From Lingula anatina (Eukaryota; Animalia; Brachiopoda), in the NCBI GenBank assembly GCA_051362555.1, contig CM120640.1, forward strand, positions 34,491,967-34,555,966: 64,000 nt of DNA. Reading direction: 5' to 3'. Below, piece after piece: positions 22,648 to 35,860 of the stretch. How positions within the stretch are numbered: the first letter of the stretch is position 1; every line of letters starts with the position of its first letter. Under the pieces are notes generated by a model. The model made no database searches and had not been told where the DNA came from. It saw nothing but the letters and a program-made list of their open reading frames with translations. A program made the position numbers and the translations under genes.

Positions 22648-24244
22648 CATGCGCATGCCCACACACATTCAGGTATTTCATCGTAGGCCTTCAAAGTGAG
22701 TGAATCAAAGCCAGTGGAGAGAAAAAAAATAATAATAAAATAAACCGGACTCAAGCTGAAATCCACATGATCCACAACCAGATTAAATGACTGCTTCTCT
22801 TGATGTACTAATAGTACATTTTCCGAGTACATGACACCACGTGCTAGCACGCCTCTGTACCACCCACAAGATTTATGACAAATACCAAAATCAACTGCAT
22901 GAACCCAAGATAAAGCCTTGTTAGTGCTACCTGAAACATGACCTCAAAATTCTGAGAAGTGCGACGGTTCACATCCGACAACACTTTTGTGAGTCACTAC
23001 AAACGATCCATCTCTTCCAAAAGAGATAAATTACTGGAATACTTCAGTTGTTTGAAACTTGTCAGTTATCACCAAGGATTTTTTTTTTTTTGTATTCCAG
23101 TGCAGATACAGAATTGTGCCATGTACTTTGTATATTGTCAGTGCATTCTCAAGTGTCCCCAAGATGCCCTAGATGTGACACGTACTGGGATCAAAGGGAG
23201 ACTGAATCAGGACACTGGCCATACAAGGCTTTATGGCAGTCATGCTCTGACAATGACAATCAATATCTTTTAATGACAAAGAAACCGCATACACACTTCT
23301 ACTAAAACACCCCATTGTATGAAAATAAGAGGCAAAAACAAAAATGTTCTCCATGTCCTAATAATAATCAATAACAGAAATAAAAGAGGTCTTAAATGTA
23401 TTTTCGATAATTCTTTGTAAATAAATCCATCTTTTAATCTTCAAACCAACGCTCAAACTTCACTTTATGACGGCCGCTTTGATTGATAAAACTGACATGG
23501 CTGAGAAATTTGAGAATAAAATGAATAAAATAAGTGAACATCTGCAGCGCTGAAACAAAGCGTCAATAAAATGCCCATGCAGCTAAAACCCCCGAGAAAA
23601 GTGTGCCAAGTAAAGGAGAAAAAAAAGTTGCATAAATTTGTTTCTGAGCATGCGAAAAAACTATTGCATTTGTAAATGATATCTTTTATTCAATTATAAC
23701 ACTGATGGCACAGAATGATGGATCATTCAATTCAATAAAAATCATTGCCCAGCTGCCTGTATTATCTTTACATTAAAACCAGGTATAAAATGTGCAATCA
23801 TTCATTTAAAACAAAAATATAATTTAGTAAGCTGTCAAAAAAGGATGATAATAAGACAGATATTAGATTTTTCGATGCCAAGTTCTTCAAACATGTACAA
23901 GTACAGTAGTATGCATGGCATAGACAGAAAGCAAAGCAATCTGAATAAATTTGGTTCCCACTGCTCACTCTCAATATAGGACCTACAGACAATATCCATC
24001 TACCAAAGAAAATGTTGTGAACCTAACAAAACAGACCTTTTTCTTTTCTGTTCTGTTCAAACTGTCACCAATGTCAATCCCGGTTCTATGAATGTGACAT
24101 TGAGGCACGCAGGGTTCATGTAATAGATGCATCGTGCTGAAGAGTGAGGTATCTGACTCATATACTATGACAGATGTTGAGAACATTAATCCAGGTGTGG
24201 CATAACTCTCATTCATGCATCATGTGCGTGCATTTGAGATACAC

Positions 24245-24274
24245 CACATCTGGATCGTTTGTTCTTGCCATCCG
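24245..24274 (-). CDS. Liprin-alpha: Candidate 30-nt liprin-alpha microexon
   Basis: tttttctctcttttactgcag|RMARTNDPDV|gtgtat; phase 0/0 matches the host intron; TGCATG at 24214-24219. Confidence 0.5.
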
Positions 24275-25581
24275 CTGCAGTAAAAGAGAGAAAAACCCCA
24301 CCAGCAATTAATGTAACAGAGATTCCCAACACTTTCAAGCAGGAATGTCTCACTATTCTTCAACTTCGGTCCAAAGAACACTCAGAGTAAAGAATAATAA
24401 GGAACCAAATATATTCAGATTTAAAAAGCAGGCATCTAGAAAGCAGTATGCAATCAAAACAATTGTAAGCAGAGTGTGGCATACCCGCTCTCTATAGTTA
24501 GGCTCCTCAAGGTGGCCAGGGTTTTGCACCTACAAAACGATTATTGGGATTATCTAACACAGGAAGTCTATGTGACAGTAAGAGGTTACTACTGTAACAA
24601 TATCAACAACAAAAACAACAACAACAACAATGGCATAATGTTTGAGATACCTTCAGGTTTACTTCATATGAGCTCCAGGAATGAGTGGAAATTTCTGAGA
24701 TTAATCTGAAGGTATTGTCTTGAAACACATGCAATAAAACTAGCATCTATTTCTACAGGTCTAACACTAGGTTCCAAACAGCCTGAAAATAATGCTCAGA
24801 TCAGAAATGAAAGTGGGAATTTAGCAAAAAAATTCTGAAAGATGCACGGCTCTGTAATGCCATGCGCCCTGAAATTTTTTCAATAAATTCTTTATAAATA
24901 TCTGCACTTCAGGACAAATTTGGAAGACTTTCATCTCTGCCAATGACACATAATCCGAGTCATTTTTGTGATTAGCAGGCTCTTTTGATTCTAGTGCAAT
25001 GAATGACAAAACACTCTATATTCTAGCTAATATATTTAGGAAACTGAAGCAGCAAAACACTCAAGTAGTCTTAAGATGATATATACAGTACACAAACAAA
25101 AATGCAGGTTATTTCTATTAGCTATAATTCCAGCCCTAGGAATCTAGCAAACTGCAGTTTTCTATTGGCATCACTGCTGTGCTATGTTGATGCATTACAG
25201 CAGTTTGTAGTATCAACCAACAAACTTCGTGCAAAACTCTCATAACTTGTTGAAGAGAAATGTCAGTGTGAAAAAAAAAAGCAGGCTTACTTAAACAATT
25301 GACATTTCACTAATTTAAAAGCACTTAAATCAATTCACCTGGTTGAACAAAGAACTTTTCTGATTGATTAAACAAAGTAAGGTTTGTAATAACAGTGACA
25401 GACTTGTGCAGGAAAAAAAAAAAGAAAAATGATAGCAATTTCTGGTCCCTGGTGAAAAAGAATGGATTACATAATGCTGCTCATCTAAAAATACAACAAT
25501 GGGTATCATTTATTACAACTGTCAACATCAACAACAACAACAATGCAATACTGTGATCAAACTACCCGAAAAAGAACATAC

Positions 25582-25720
25582 TTTAGAAGGATCTTCCTCC
25601 ACTGATTCCTGTCGACCTTTCTGTTGCCGTCTGACGACATCGTCTGTTGATGATTCTCCAGTGGTGGCGTTGTTGATGACTACATTGGGAGTGAGTGGGT
25701 AATTCCCTGTCACACCGAGC
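25582..25720 (-). CDS. Liprin-alpha: Liprin-alpha exon
   Basis: ttttcag|G LGVTGNYPLTPNVV...VVRRQQKGRQESVEEDPSK|gtatgt; phases 2/0 fit. Confidence 0.9.
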
Positions 25721-26095
25721 CTGAAAATGTAAATCAACAGGGCCTCAGTCTAAACTCGTGCAGCAGTAGACAAGAAATGCAATTTCTCTTTTCTCGTAAA
25801 GAAAGAGGTTTTCTCACAAATTCTCATAAAGAAAGAGATTTACTCTCAAAGAAAGATGTTCAGTAAAAAAACACTCAGCTATTTATCTTGAACAAAAATA
25901 TTAACAGTAAAATTATATATTATATAAATCTTGTTTTGCAGAGAAATGGCTAGACTAAATGTAGAAATTGTGTACATTAAATCAAGGAGAAAAAGAATAA
26001 CATTAAGACATACTGCAAAACTTTATGCAGTCCGATTCTTTATTTCTTGCTTCCACTATAAAGTAAACTGAATCATTTGAAACTTCATTCTATAC

Positions 26096-26172
26096 CTGGT
26101 AATTTCTTCTACCCTTTGCTTGTATACTAGTAACTCTCTTTTAATCCTGTCTAATTCTTCTAATATTGCCTC
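26096..26172 (-). CDS. Liprin-alpha: Liprin-alpha exon
   Basis: EAILEELDRIKRELLVYKQRVEEITR; phases 0/2 bridge the neighbouring exons. Confidence 0.85.
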
Positions 26173-26931
26173 CTGCAATGAGACGTTGTGTTGAGTAATT
26201 TATGTATAGTAACATGTTTTTCTATAACATCAGTGGATAAGTTATGAAAAAATTAGGCAAAACACTTGTACTAATTTGAATCAAGCCTAACATTAATCTT
26301 TCATCACACCAAAGAATGTGAGGCTGCTAAAATCAGTTCTACGAAAATAAAATAAAAAAAAAATTAAAAATTGACTTGTAAGAGGATACGTTTTTTTTTT
26401 TACTACTTAACCATCTGCATACCAAAACATTACATTTATGTATAAATATTTTAATACCAAATTTTCATATGCCAATTGTGACATCCCACCCTGAACAGAT
26501 AATACATCTGACTCACTCAATATTTTATCTCAGTCACCCAGGCCATTGTTTGAAGTTTTAACACCCTCAAGAGAATACACCCCACGTACGATCAGCTTAG
26601 AAATACATTGTGCTTATAGCCAAGACTGAGTGGATTTTAAGCAGGCCAATTTGGGAATAATTTTTTCTGATGGTGATCCTTTAAAACTGTAGATACAAAT
26701 AATGTGTTTTTAATCTTTGTGATGTCCCAGGGGGGGATAGAAATCCTTGATAACATGTATGCCAGGAAATCAACTTGGGCACCTAAGAAAAATGCCTGTT
26801 ACAAAGTCCTGTTGTTTTAATTTTGATTAATCAGGACAGACAAACAAAATTTCCTGTTTTCGAAAAAAATTTATAACCTTGTTTGTGGGCGCTTGCATTA
26901 CACATGCATCAAGAAAGACTAGCGTGATTAC

Positions 26932-27126
26932 CTTTTCTAATTGTGCTTCTTCATATAATCGTCTAACCCTGTCTAGTTCCTGAGTAAGCTGATTTTTTTC
27001 TTCTAGAGCTTGCATTCTTTCTTTTAGATGCAACTGTAGCCTCTCATTGGACTCAGACAATAGTTTATCGACAGTTGCAGATAATCTGGCATTATGCTCT
27101 TCGTTCATCTTTTCCCGCTGCCTAGC
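26932..27126 (-). CDS. Liprin-alpha: Liprin-alpha exon (coiled coil)
   Basis: [45 protein letters not shown]...AQLEK|gtaatc. Confidence 0.97.
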
Positions 27127-27812
27127 CTGAAAAGTTAATTTGGTATTATCGCTGAACAAATTTTATCAACAATGAGGTCAGGACAGAGGGTAAGAAATAC
27201 ACAATAGTCCACTAGCCTCTGGATAATATTTATTTTAATCTGACAAAATAAAGTCACATCTAGATCTTGAAGCATTAGTTAAATAATGAGCTAGTCTCAA
27301 TATAAGGTAAATGGCCACCCTTGGCTGGTGGGAGAATATTTGGATTTCTACACCCAAAAATATGGCAAGAATAGATGTGTAGTAAAGGAAAATAAAACAA
27401 AATTTCATAAAAAAAACTCCAATCTGTGTCAACTGCTTGCTTAAAAAAACAATAGCATTCAAAGTGTTTTGTTAAAAATATCTCCCCTCCCCTCAAAAAA
27501 AAAAAAAAGTTAATTATCTGAATCACAATCCAGTGAAATGAAGAAAACGTGACAAAATGAACTGCAAAAGCCTTATAAATGCTCATTATGCAGTATTGAT
27601 ATTCAGTCAAAAAAACAGCTAAGAATAAAACACGGTTCATCACAGCACAGGAAATTAAAAACATACCTGTCCTCATCAGAAACAAAACTGATCTATAAAA
27701 AGTAATCTATAAAAATTGATCAAAGAGGCAAATAATTCAAGGAGAAAAAAAAATGACGCAAGGAGATGTGAATGCACCGAAGCATGTCTTAAAGAAAACA
27801 CAAAATACGTAC

Positions 27813-27896
27813 CCTTTGTATTTCTGAGTTCTTTTCTTCAATTTGATTTTCTAAATGCTTCAGTCTTTCTTCTATAGACCCATGCTTTTGCTCAGC
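27813..27896 (-). CDS. Liprin-alpha: Liprin-alpha exon (coiled coil)
   Basis: AEQKHGSIEERLKHLENQIEEKNSEIQR|gtacgt. Confidence 0.94.
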
Positions 27897-27953
27897 CTGT
27901 TTAAAGATAGAGATGTCCATAGCAGTGACTAGATGAGAAAACATTCCAATGAC

Positions 27954-28406
27954 AAGTGTTGGCAAGCACATGCATGAGTTCAGGCATCACTGGGGCTTGG
28001 ACAGTCCGTGATGTTGACCACTGGTCAGACTACCAATGCCAGTAAAAATTGAACCAGGCCAGTGAAATTTCTGAAGAACAGTCAGTTATTGGCCCAACTG
28101 GGCAAGTGTTTTTTTGGTTTTTTTTTTTTTTTTTTTTTTTTTTGTTTTTTTTTCAGCTGTAACAGGTACTTCATTTCTTTTAATAAATGTTCAGACAATA
28201 TGGTGAAGTTTTTTATATCACCCTTTGAAAATACCATTTTTTTGTTCTTATATGTAATAGGAAGCACATTTAAGCTCAGTGTGTCAATTTCAGTAAATTG
28301 TTTTGATAATTGGACTTGGGCCAGTGAATTTTGGTTTCGGCCAGTAAATTCTCAGAACCTGGTGGCCCAGAAGGCCTGTAAGTTGAAAGGTATTTGGCAC
28401 ACACTG
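27954..28406. mobile_element. Possible degraded non-autonomous DNA transposon
   Basis: Imperfect termini aagtgttggcaa / ttggcacacactg and four subterminal GCCAGT(A/G)AA motifs around a poly-T core; no TSD seen. Confidence 0.35.
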
Positions 28407-28867
28407 CTTGTGGAATACTTCATTCTTCAAATTTCTAAAATAACTTAAAACTCTTGCCCTCCAAAGTTTTCTAAATTAATTGCTTTCCATTAACAGTTTT
28501 CTACTTAGAGTTTATGATCTGCAGCAAAGAGAAGAAGCATAAGTTCAAGTGTTTCTCATATGCATGTGAAAATCTTCTGCATTCCTGATCAAAATCAAAA
28601 CAGAAAACCAGAAGGACAATCTTTACATGCTTCCAATGTTTGAAAAGTATTAACAAAAGTTTTATTTTATGAACACTATGAAAATAAATATCTAGATTAT
28701 AATACTCTTCAAAACATCTTCCAAAGTGCTACAATCACGTTATATGTTAAATGTTATTTTAATGCATTTTATAACTGCTGTTGCATTAAAAAAAAAATTC
28801 TCAACAGACTGTTGTGTTTAAACCTGTTGCCATGACAATGAATTTAATGAACCAATCAGATCCTTAC

Positions 28868-29002
28868 CTGGGACAATGCTTCTATTCTTTGTGCTAATTC
28901 GGCCTCTATGGTGGGTACCACCTCTGCTTTTCGCAATGATTGTTGAAGTTTTTGTTCTGCAAGTTCCACACGCTCTTGTAGCTGGCGACATTTTTCTTCA
29001 CT
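28868..29002 (-). CDS. Liprin-alpha: Liprin-alpha exon (coiled coil)
   Basis: [45 protein letters not shown]|gtaagg. Confidence 0.95.
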
Positions 29003-30984
29003 CTGTAGTCAAAACAATACATTTTTAATTGTTTCTCAACAACCCAACAAGTAAACCTTAAGTAAACAGATTTCTGCTAATTAAACATTTTGCCACTTCT
29101 ATAATATATTCTATTCCGACTTCCTTCTTAATATATAATTCATTCAACTATATAGGAATGTATTCTGCAAGAAGTACAAATGTTCGACACAAATGCTCAT
29201 CATTGTCACTTCTGCCATCAGACATGTTTAAACACGATATAGGAAAATTACAGGCCGAGATACAAAAGCTACCAAATTACCAACAAGCCATTATATGAAC
29301 ATCTCCTCCATATTCATTGGGCTATGGAGACATGGCTGCGGTGAGATTGCTGGACTATTTATGGTTAGACTGCAGGAAATCAATTAGGGTCTAAACTGAG
29401 GATCTGCCTCGCTATAGCCATAAGCATGCTGATAATGTGCAATCTACAAAAACATGGCTACATGGCCCAAAAACAATGACTCCGGGTTGCCATAGTGACC
29501 AACACGTTAAAGGGGGGGGGCATGAGTCCTGAATTATCTCTTCCATCGTTCTCTAACATCTCTTCCGTACAGCGTTTTGCTCTCTTCTTATTTCTTTATT
29601 TCATTTCACAATTTTTCACCTGTACTTCAAGTCGGTATAGTACAGACTGTGAAGACTTCGGGAGCAAAGAAAAAAAAATCTCATCATTGCCTTCACCTGA
29701 CTGGTTTGATCCTCATGACAGGTGAAAGCCATTAAAACCAACTTGCAGCATTTATCCCAATGTGCTTACTGCCATTTATTGTTAGTGAAAAGGAACTCAT
29801 AGCCATTACTGGCCTGTAGGTGTGTAATAAAATCCCAATCAATGATAGACAGTAGCATCAAAGAAACGAGACAATGAAACCATCAGAAATTTATTGAAAA
29901 ATGCGATAGGATTGTGTAATGCGTTTTATTGAAAGCATAAGGGTCGCCTATCAACTGTGCAAAGCAGATTAAACTGAAACTGAAGTCTAACATCGAAATG
30001 ATGGGCCATTACGCCCTCTTGAATCACCGATGATATCAATTTATTATATATTTCATTGGGGATGTGTACTATTCCCAAAATACATGTGCATGGCCCATCA
30101 AACAAGCAACAAGCTTCAGATAACATTGTTTTGTCATTGAGCAAGGGAACCATATACAAAAAAAATTGGTTGCATCTGTTTGTGGTTTTCCGGGGCTCTT
30201 TATTTCTTCTGGTTCATAATCCAAAGTATCTGATTGCATGCTGCTTTGTTGTGTGAGATCTCCAAGTTATCTATCTCACAAAACCAAAGGTAGGCGTTAT
30301 AAGGTAATAACCTAATGGCGGTCTCGCCAGAGGGTACCGCCACTGCCCACATTTACGTACACTCTCGTCATATCTCACCGTAGTTTCATCACAAATCGTG
30401 AACCTGCATTCTGTGGTAGACCATAATAAGACATGGCACTGTGTGACATCTTATATTACCTGCTGTTGTCATCTTGGAACATTGCAAAAGGTTTTCTTTG
30501 CTTTTTCCAAACTGTGCCAGTCCGAAGCCAATTTAAGATGGAAATTTTGTCCTAATAATTCTTATACTTCTAGTTTTTAAGGGTAACAATTTTTACTCGG
30601 TATTTATCATTCAGCAGTGTCTTTTTTGACATTAAATTTTAAACTCATTTTAGTCTTATCTGATTTTACAGCTCATTTAATGCTAGATCTTTCATGGTCA
30701 CTTCTGCGTTGCAGTAGAAGCCAATATGTCTCCTCTTTTACTTTTATCAAAATTGAATAAGAAAGACTGATTAAATCTGAAAATTCCTGTTTCCAATCGT
30801 CAAATATAGTCAAATTCTTACTGGTTTCTAACAGTGACATCTCTTTGTTTATAGCTGCCATTTGGCAACAAGGCACTGAATAACTTGTTTGACAACATTC
30901 TATTTTCTGTTCAGGTATTAAAATAAAAAAAAATAAAAAAAATATGTTTTTCACAGTCAAGGACAGCACTGTAGAAACTCCCAC

Positions 30985-31131
30985 CTGTTTCCAACTGGCT
31001 TCTTTGGAAGCCAATTCGGACTCTAATTTATCGTTCAGATCTTGGACTGAGGTCGATTCTCGCTGTGCATTGAGGTATCGCTTTTCTAATGTAGCTATTC
31101 TTTCTTCCTGGTCCTCTCTTTGGGCATGGGA
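30985..31131 (-). CDS. Liprin-alpha: Liprin-alpha exon (coiled coil)
   Basis: [49 protein letters not shown]|gtggga. Confidence 0.95.
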
Positions 31132-31973
31132 CTAAAAGGAAAGAAATTTTAAAAAAATCATTTTGGTACTCAGTTGCATTTATTTTCAGAATAGCTCAAC
31201 TAATATCTACTTTATAGTGGTAAGCAATTGAAAGATAAAAAGATGTGAATCCATAAAGCAACAGACTGACAACTATCAGAGGGGAAAAAAAAATTAAATC
31301 TTATCTGTTAATTTACAAACTTTCAAGCATATCATGGGGTTTCTTAGAATTTCGATGTCAAAGTCAACATCTCCTGAAGAGACAAACATGAAACCCAACG
31401 CCTCGAAAAGGTCAATAATGAAACCTCCTTATTAGCACCTGATATTAACCAGGTTTTCCAGTCATCCGTATCAATGAGAATACTCACTGAAATAACAGAC
31501 TAAGATTATTGAAGTGAATGCAAGTTGGAGTACTTTTAGTTGTAAGCCATCTGATGGCTTCGTATTCAAATGCATCCAATTTATACAACAATCTTAGTAT
31601 ATATTGAAGGTCATACAATATCTGTAGGATTCTAAAGATGCATTGTAAATGTTTTCTTCCAAATATAGTTCCTTCAACAAACAAAGACCATATTCAAGTT
31701 ACAAGTTCAGGATCTCATTTCTGAGACTGAAGTTGCTATTTTCAGCATGAAGTGTCATAACTATTGATGGTTTCGCTCAAAGAATTACACAGCTACATGT
31801 TTTTTCCATTTTTTCTTCAAGTGGTATTTCATTCTTTCAAAAAAAAAGCATAAACCTCTCAAAATAGAACCAATAATTGATGAAATATTACTGAGGGACT
31901 AAACAAGGTGAAAATGACTTCAGCAAAACAGTGTGCATTACAAAAGGCCAACCTGCAGGCAATTTACCTATCG

Positions 31974-32005
<32 letters not shown>

Positions 32006-33414
32006 AGCCAGGTCGCAAGGGGATAGAAACAGGGGATGGTGGGTTTCTCCAAAGTCAATAATAACTTCCAATAGGCTAATATTTCACATCTTTATCAATG
32101 CAGAAAGCATACTGGAATCCAGGGGCTGATACTAGCGCACACAGATCAATACAGGTCTTCACGAGTTTAAACTCCAGATCCGTTCACATTACATAAAAAC
32201 GAAATTGGTTTTAAAGCGTTCCGTTTCTAACATTTATCAGTCGTGTGCTGCCATGCCCCAAAACAGTCCAACCCAACATGACCAAACTGGTACCATTTAG
32301 GTGTCCTTCTGCTGGTCTGGTGATCATGGCATTACATTACATCAGGAATGGCAGAATCAGACCACCACAAACTTTTTTTGCAATATGACCAGACACCATT
32401 GCAGCCACATTCATATGGCTTGCCATTGTGATGAAACTGAATTGATTAAAATGGGAGAGTAGCATCAATTATCTATTAACAACTCCACTTTGAGTTGAAT
32501 GGAAAAGGTCATATGGAAATGAAGACCTTGCCTTATTTTTCTAGATCTATAAATCATTTCTGGCATTTTTAATTTGATTATTTGGACTGAGCTCGATTCG
32601 ATATTCGTAAACCAGTCCCCCCCCCCCAAAAAAAAAAAAAAAAAAAAAAAAAAATGATGGTAAAATTTGAAACAATTTTAAATAACATTTTTTTGTTTTT
32701 ATGATGCTGACCATGAAATATGCTTTAAAAAATCATTTCAAAGCCCACCAATGAGACCATAAAAGATAAATGTTGAAGATTTTCTTCATACAACATTTCA
32801 AGAGATTAAAGAAAACCAATCACTACCCTGAACTAAACTTAAAGAATGTTAAACTATGCTGGTTTATAATCTAGTTATCAATAATGACGCGTCATCCTCA
32901 CTGCATGTGACACGAGCACCTCTTGGGAGGATAATCATGTCACTGAATCTGACACTTATCATCTGTGTCACCAGACATAGAACATTCTTTCCTAATCTCC
33001 ATGGCAACCTGCTGCATTACCAGCATCCCCTTTGTCATAGTTATGAATCTCTACGTCTACCTTCAGAGGACTGAACCAAGTTAGAGCATCTTAATGCTAT
33101 TATCTTTAAAAGACTATGGAATAACGGCCTTTCAAATAGTAACTAATCTGTGTTAATTGTGGTAAGGAATAAAAAGAATTATGCTATTACATAAAATAGG
33201 CTCCGGATTGACAATTTTGATTGCAATTAATCTGGATGGAGCTCAGCATGTGTTAAATTTTGGTAAGGAAAGTGGATTGAAAGAGGTTAAAACAGACTTT
33301 GAGTAAAACTTCATCTTGTCTTCAATGGAAAGGACAAAATCCCACATTTGTTTTGGGTTTAGTACATCCAAGTTTACATTAAATTAGTTGCTAAAAGACG
33401 ATATTAAAACTTAC

Positions 33415-33636
33415 CTCCCGTAAATCTCGCTGTAGTTTCACATTGGCCTCTTGAGATTTAATTAGATCCTTTTGAGTCTGTGCTAAAGTAGCTTCAACTT
33501 CTTTCAGTTTATTAGATATTTCTAACAATTTATTTCTCGTTATTGTTAATTCACTGTTCTGTTTTTCAACTGTCTCTTGTAGTTCTATTACTCTATTTAT
33601 TTCGGAGTCTGGATCTATCGAACCATTGGATAATCT
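33415..33636 (-). CDS. Liprin-alpha: Liprin-alpha exon (coiled coil)
   Basis: RLSNGSIDPDSEINRVIELQETVEKQNSEL...KDLIKSQEANVKLQRDLRE|gtaagt. Confidence 0.95.
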
Positions 33637-35740
33637 CTGAAAAACAAATAACATAAAAATATAGAAGATTTATATGAAAAGTGTAAACATTTTAAAAATG
33701 ATAAAATGACCGCACTTTTTTTACAATTTCACATTAAAGGACCTTGAAGGATATAATAAAAATACAAATACATCATCTTTATTAAGTATAAATCTTTGAC
33801 AATATAACAGTGTTTGCAATAAACCAAAATATCACTGTCACTTAATGTATGGCAAATCAAAATATCATTTCTCCACCAAATACAAAACAATAGTGATTTT
33901 CTCATACTTTGGAATAAGAAAATCAGCATACAGATTGCATTCTGATCATGCAATCAATCACGACAAGCTAGAATCAAACTGCCATAATGCGCCTAGACAA
34001 ACTGTGTATTCCACTTATGGAAATTATTCACAAATTGATCAGCAGAGGAAGAAATTACGAGGTAAAAATATCCCTCTCTGAGAAGAGAATGATGGAACAT
34101 TTGATTTGTAGTGCTGGCTAATATATTGAGGATTAAAAAGATGAGACTCGGCCTTTCTATCTGCAGGAAAGAGGGGTAAAGCAACAAGACCTAAAGTTTT
34201 GAGATAAATATCCAATTTTTATCTTACATAATCAGAGGCCTTTTGAGCAGTTTGAAAAGGTCAATTAAAAAAAAACACAGAATAGCAATCCTTAAAATAT
34301 CATGGAAGGAGAAATTCAATGCATAAAGCAATGAAGAAACTAGGGCATTGACCTAGAATTCTCAGAAAAAAAGGTGACACACAATACCATGTAACAGTAC
34401 AAGCATTATAACTTGTCGTAAGGTAACACTATCTCCAACTCCATTAGTTTCTAGAGCAGTCTGAAGGAAAACATGAGGCCTAACTTAATCACATTGTGGC
34501 GTGGATAATCATGTGACAACAAAAAGTTTCTCTTCGTGTGGCATGCTCTCATAATGTTCTCTGGGAGTCTGAACGTAAAGAATTCAATTCCTTGGTAAAC
34601 TAAGCTAGTAATCTAGGACGTAATCTTAACCATGGAGCTCAGCCCACAGTGAGTATCCCCACAACATGCTGCATTGCTACATAGAAAGGTCAAACTGAAA
34701 TTTAGAGCCCCCTAACCCTATTTAATTAGTCCTGGGTGCACGAGTGACTGCCCACGCCCATGCAGTTCTGATAATCAGAAATCTTTTTTTTTTTCTGATT
34801 TCACATTGTCAAGGTAAAATTGGCTCACACAGACTTTGGAAGAACAATTTAATCTGTTTTTCTTTTAAGCTGCAACATATTTTTTCATTATTTTAATTAT
34901 GGAATTTCACATTTCACACAAACTGATATTAGTTTCTATAAGAATAAGCTTAACACACTTGGATCTAAATTGTTATTCCATATTTATTTCCTGGCATTTC
35001 TAAAAGTATTCATCTATTTTAATAAAGCTGCTTTTGTCTGCCCATAACAATGGGTTATTTCTACCTGATGTTGCCTAATCACAATTTCATTAATTCAGGC
35101 CAATATGTGGGCAGTTCTCCCTTGTCGATCAGTGCTTTTCCTTCTTTCTCCGCTCTCTTCTGTCAGTTCCATATTAATAGAAATTTCAACACTGCACACA
35201 AACTGATGCCATACAGATACATTTGTGACTTACAGTCCACCTGACCAACACAATTGAGCCAAGGAAAAAAAGTCCAAATTATATAAGTAACCTAATGACA
35301 GATGTCGAAACAAAAGATCCAGATCAGGTGTATCTTGCATACACGCGTGAATGCACATTACGCCATTGGTCTTATGCCCTTGACATCTGATGTTGTGCAA
35401 GTAAGATACACCACTTGAATGCACTTGTTCTACAATGTCAAATACACCTGGCTGACTTCCATATTGGGTGGAAGTTGTAAAGACTAAAATTCCTAAGAAA
35501 GTAGCTTGAAATGTCTCATTGCATTTAGAAGATATGAAGAAAGAAAAAAAAACAAAAAAAAACAATCAAAATGAAGATGAAAAATCCTGAAAACTTTAAC
35601 CCATGGACTTGTGGTGTATCTATTTTGATTAATATCGTCTTTTTTTTTTCCTACTTTCTACGACAATTTTGTGAAAAGAGTGGAGTCAGTAGGTCCTGTT
35701 ACCCTGTCCCCACCTAAGGAAAAAGTTGCGTTAACTTTAC

Positions 35741-35860
35741 CTTAGGGTACGCCTCCTTGTTGTCGCCATCTTTGTTATTCTCAGATCCCATTTTGACAGC
35801 TTTTATTTCCTCTCCGCTGGAGTGCCGCGATTTCGCCTGCTGTTCTCGCAACGTAAATAG
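35741..35860 (-). CDS. Liprin-alpha: Liprin-alpha exon (variable linker)
   Basis: cttttctag|LFTLREQQAKSRHSSGEEIKAVKMGSENNKDGDNKEAYPK|gtaaag; 120 nt, phase 0/0. Confidence 0.85.
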
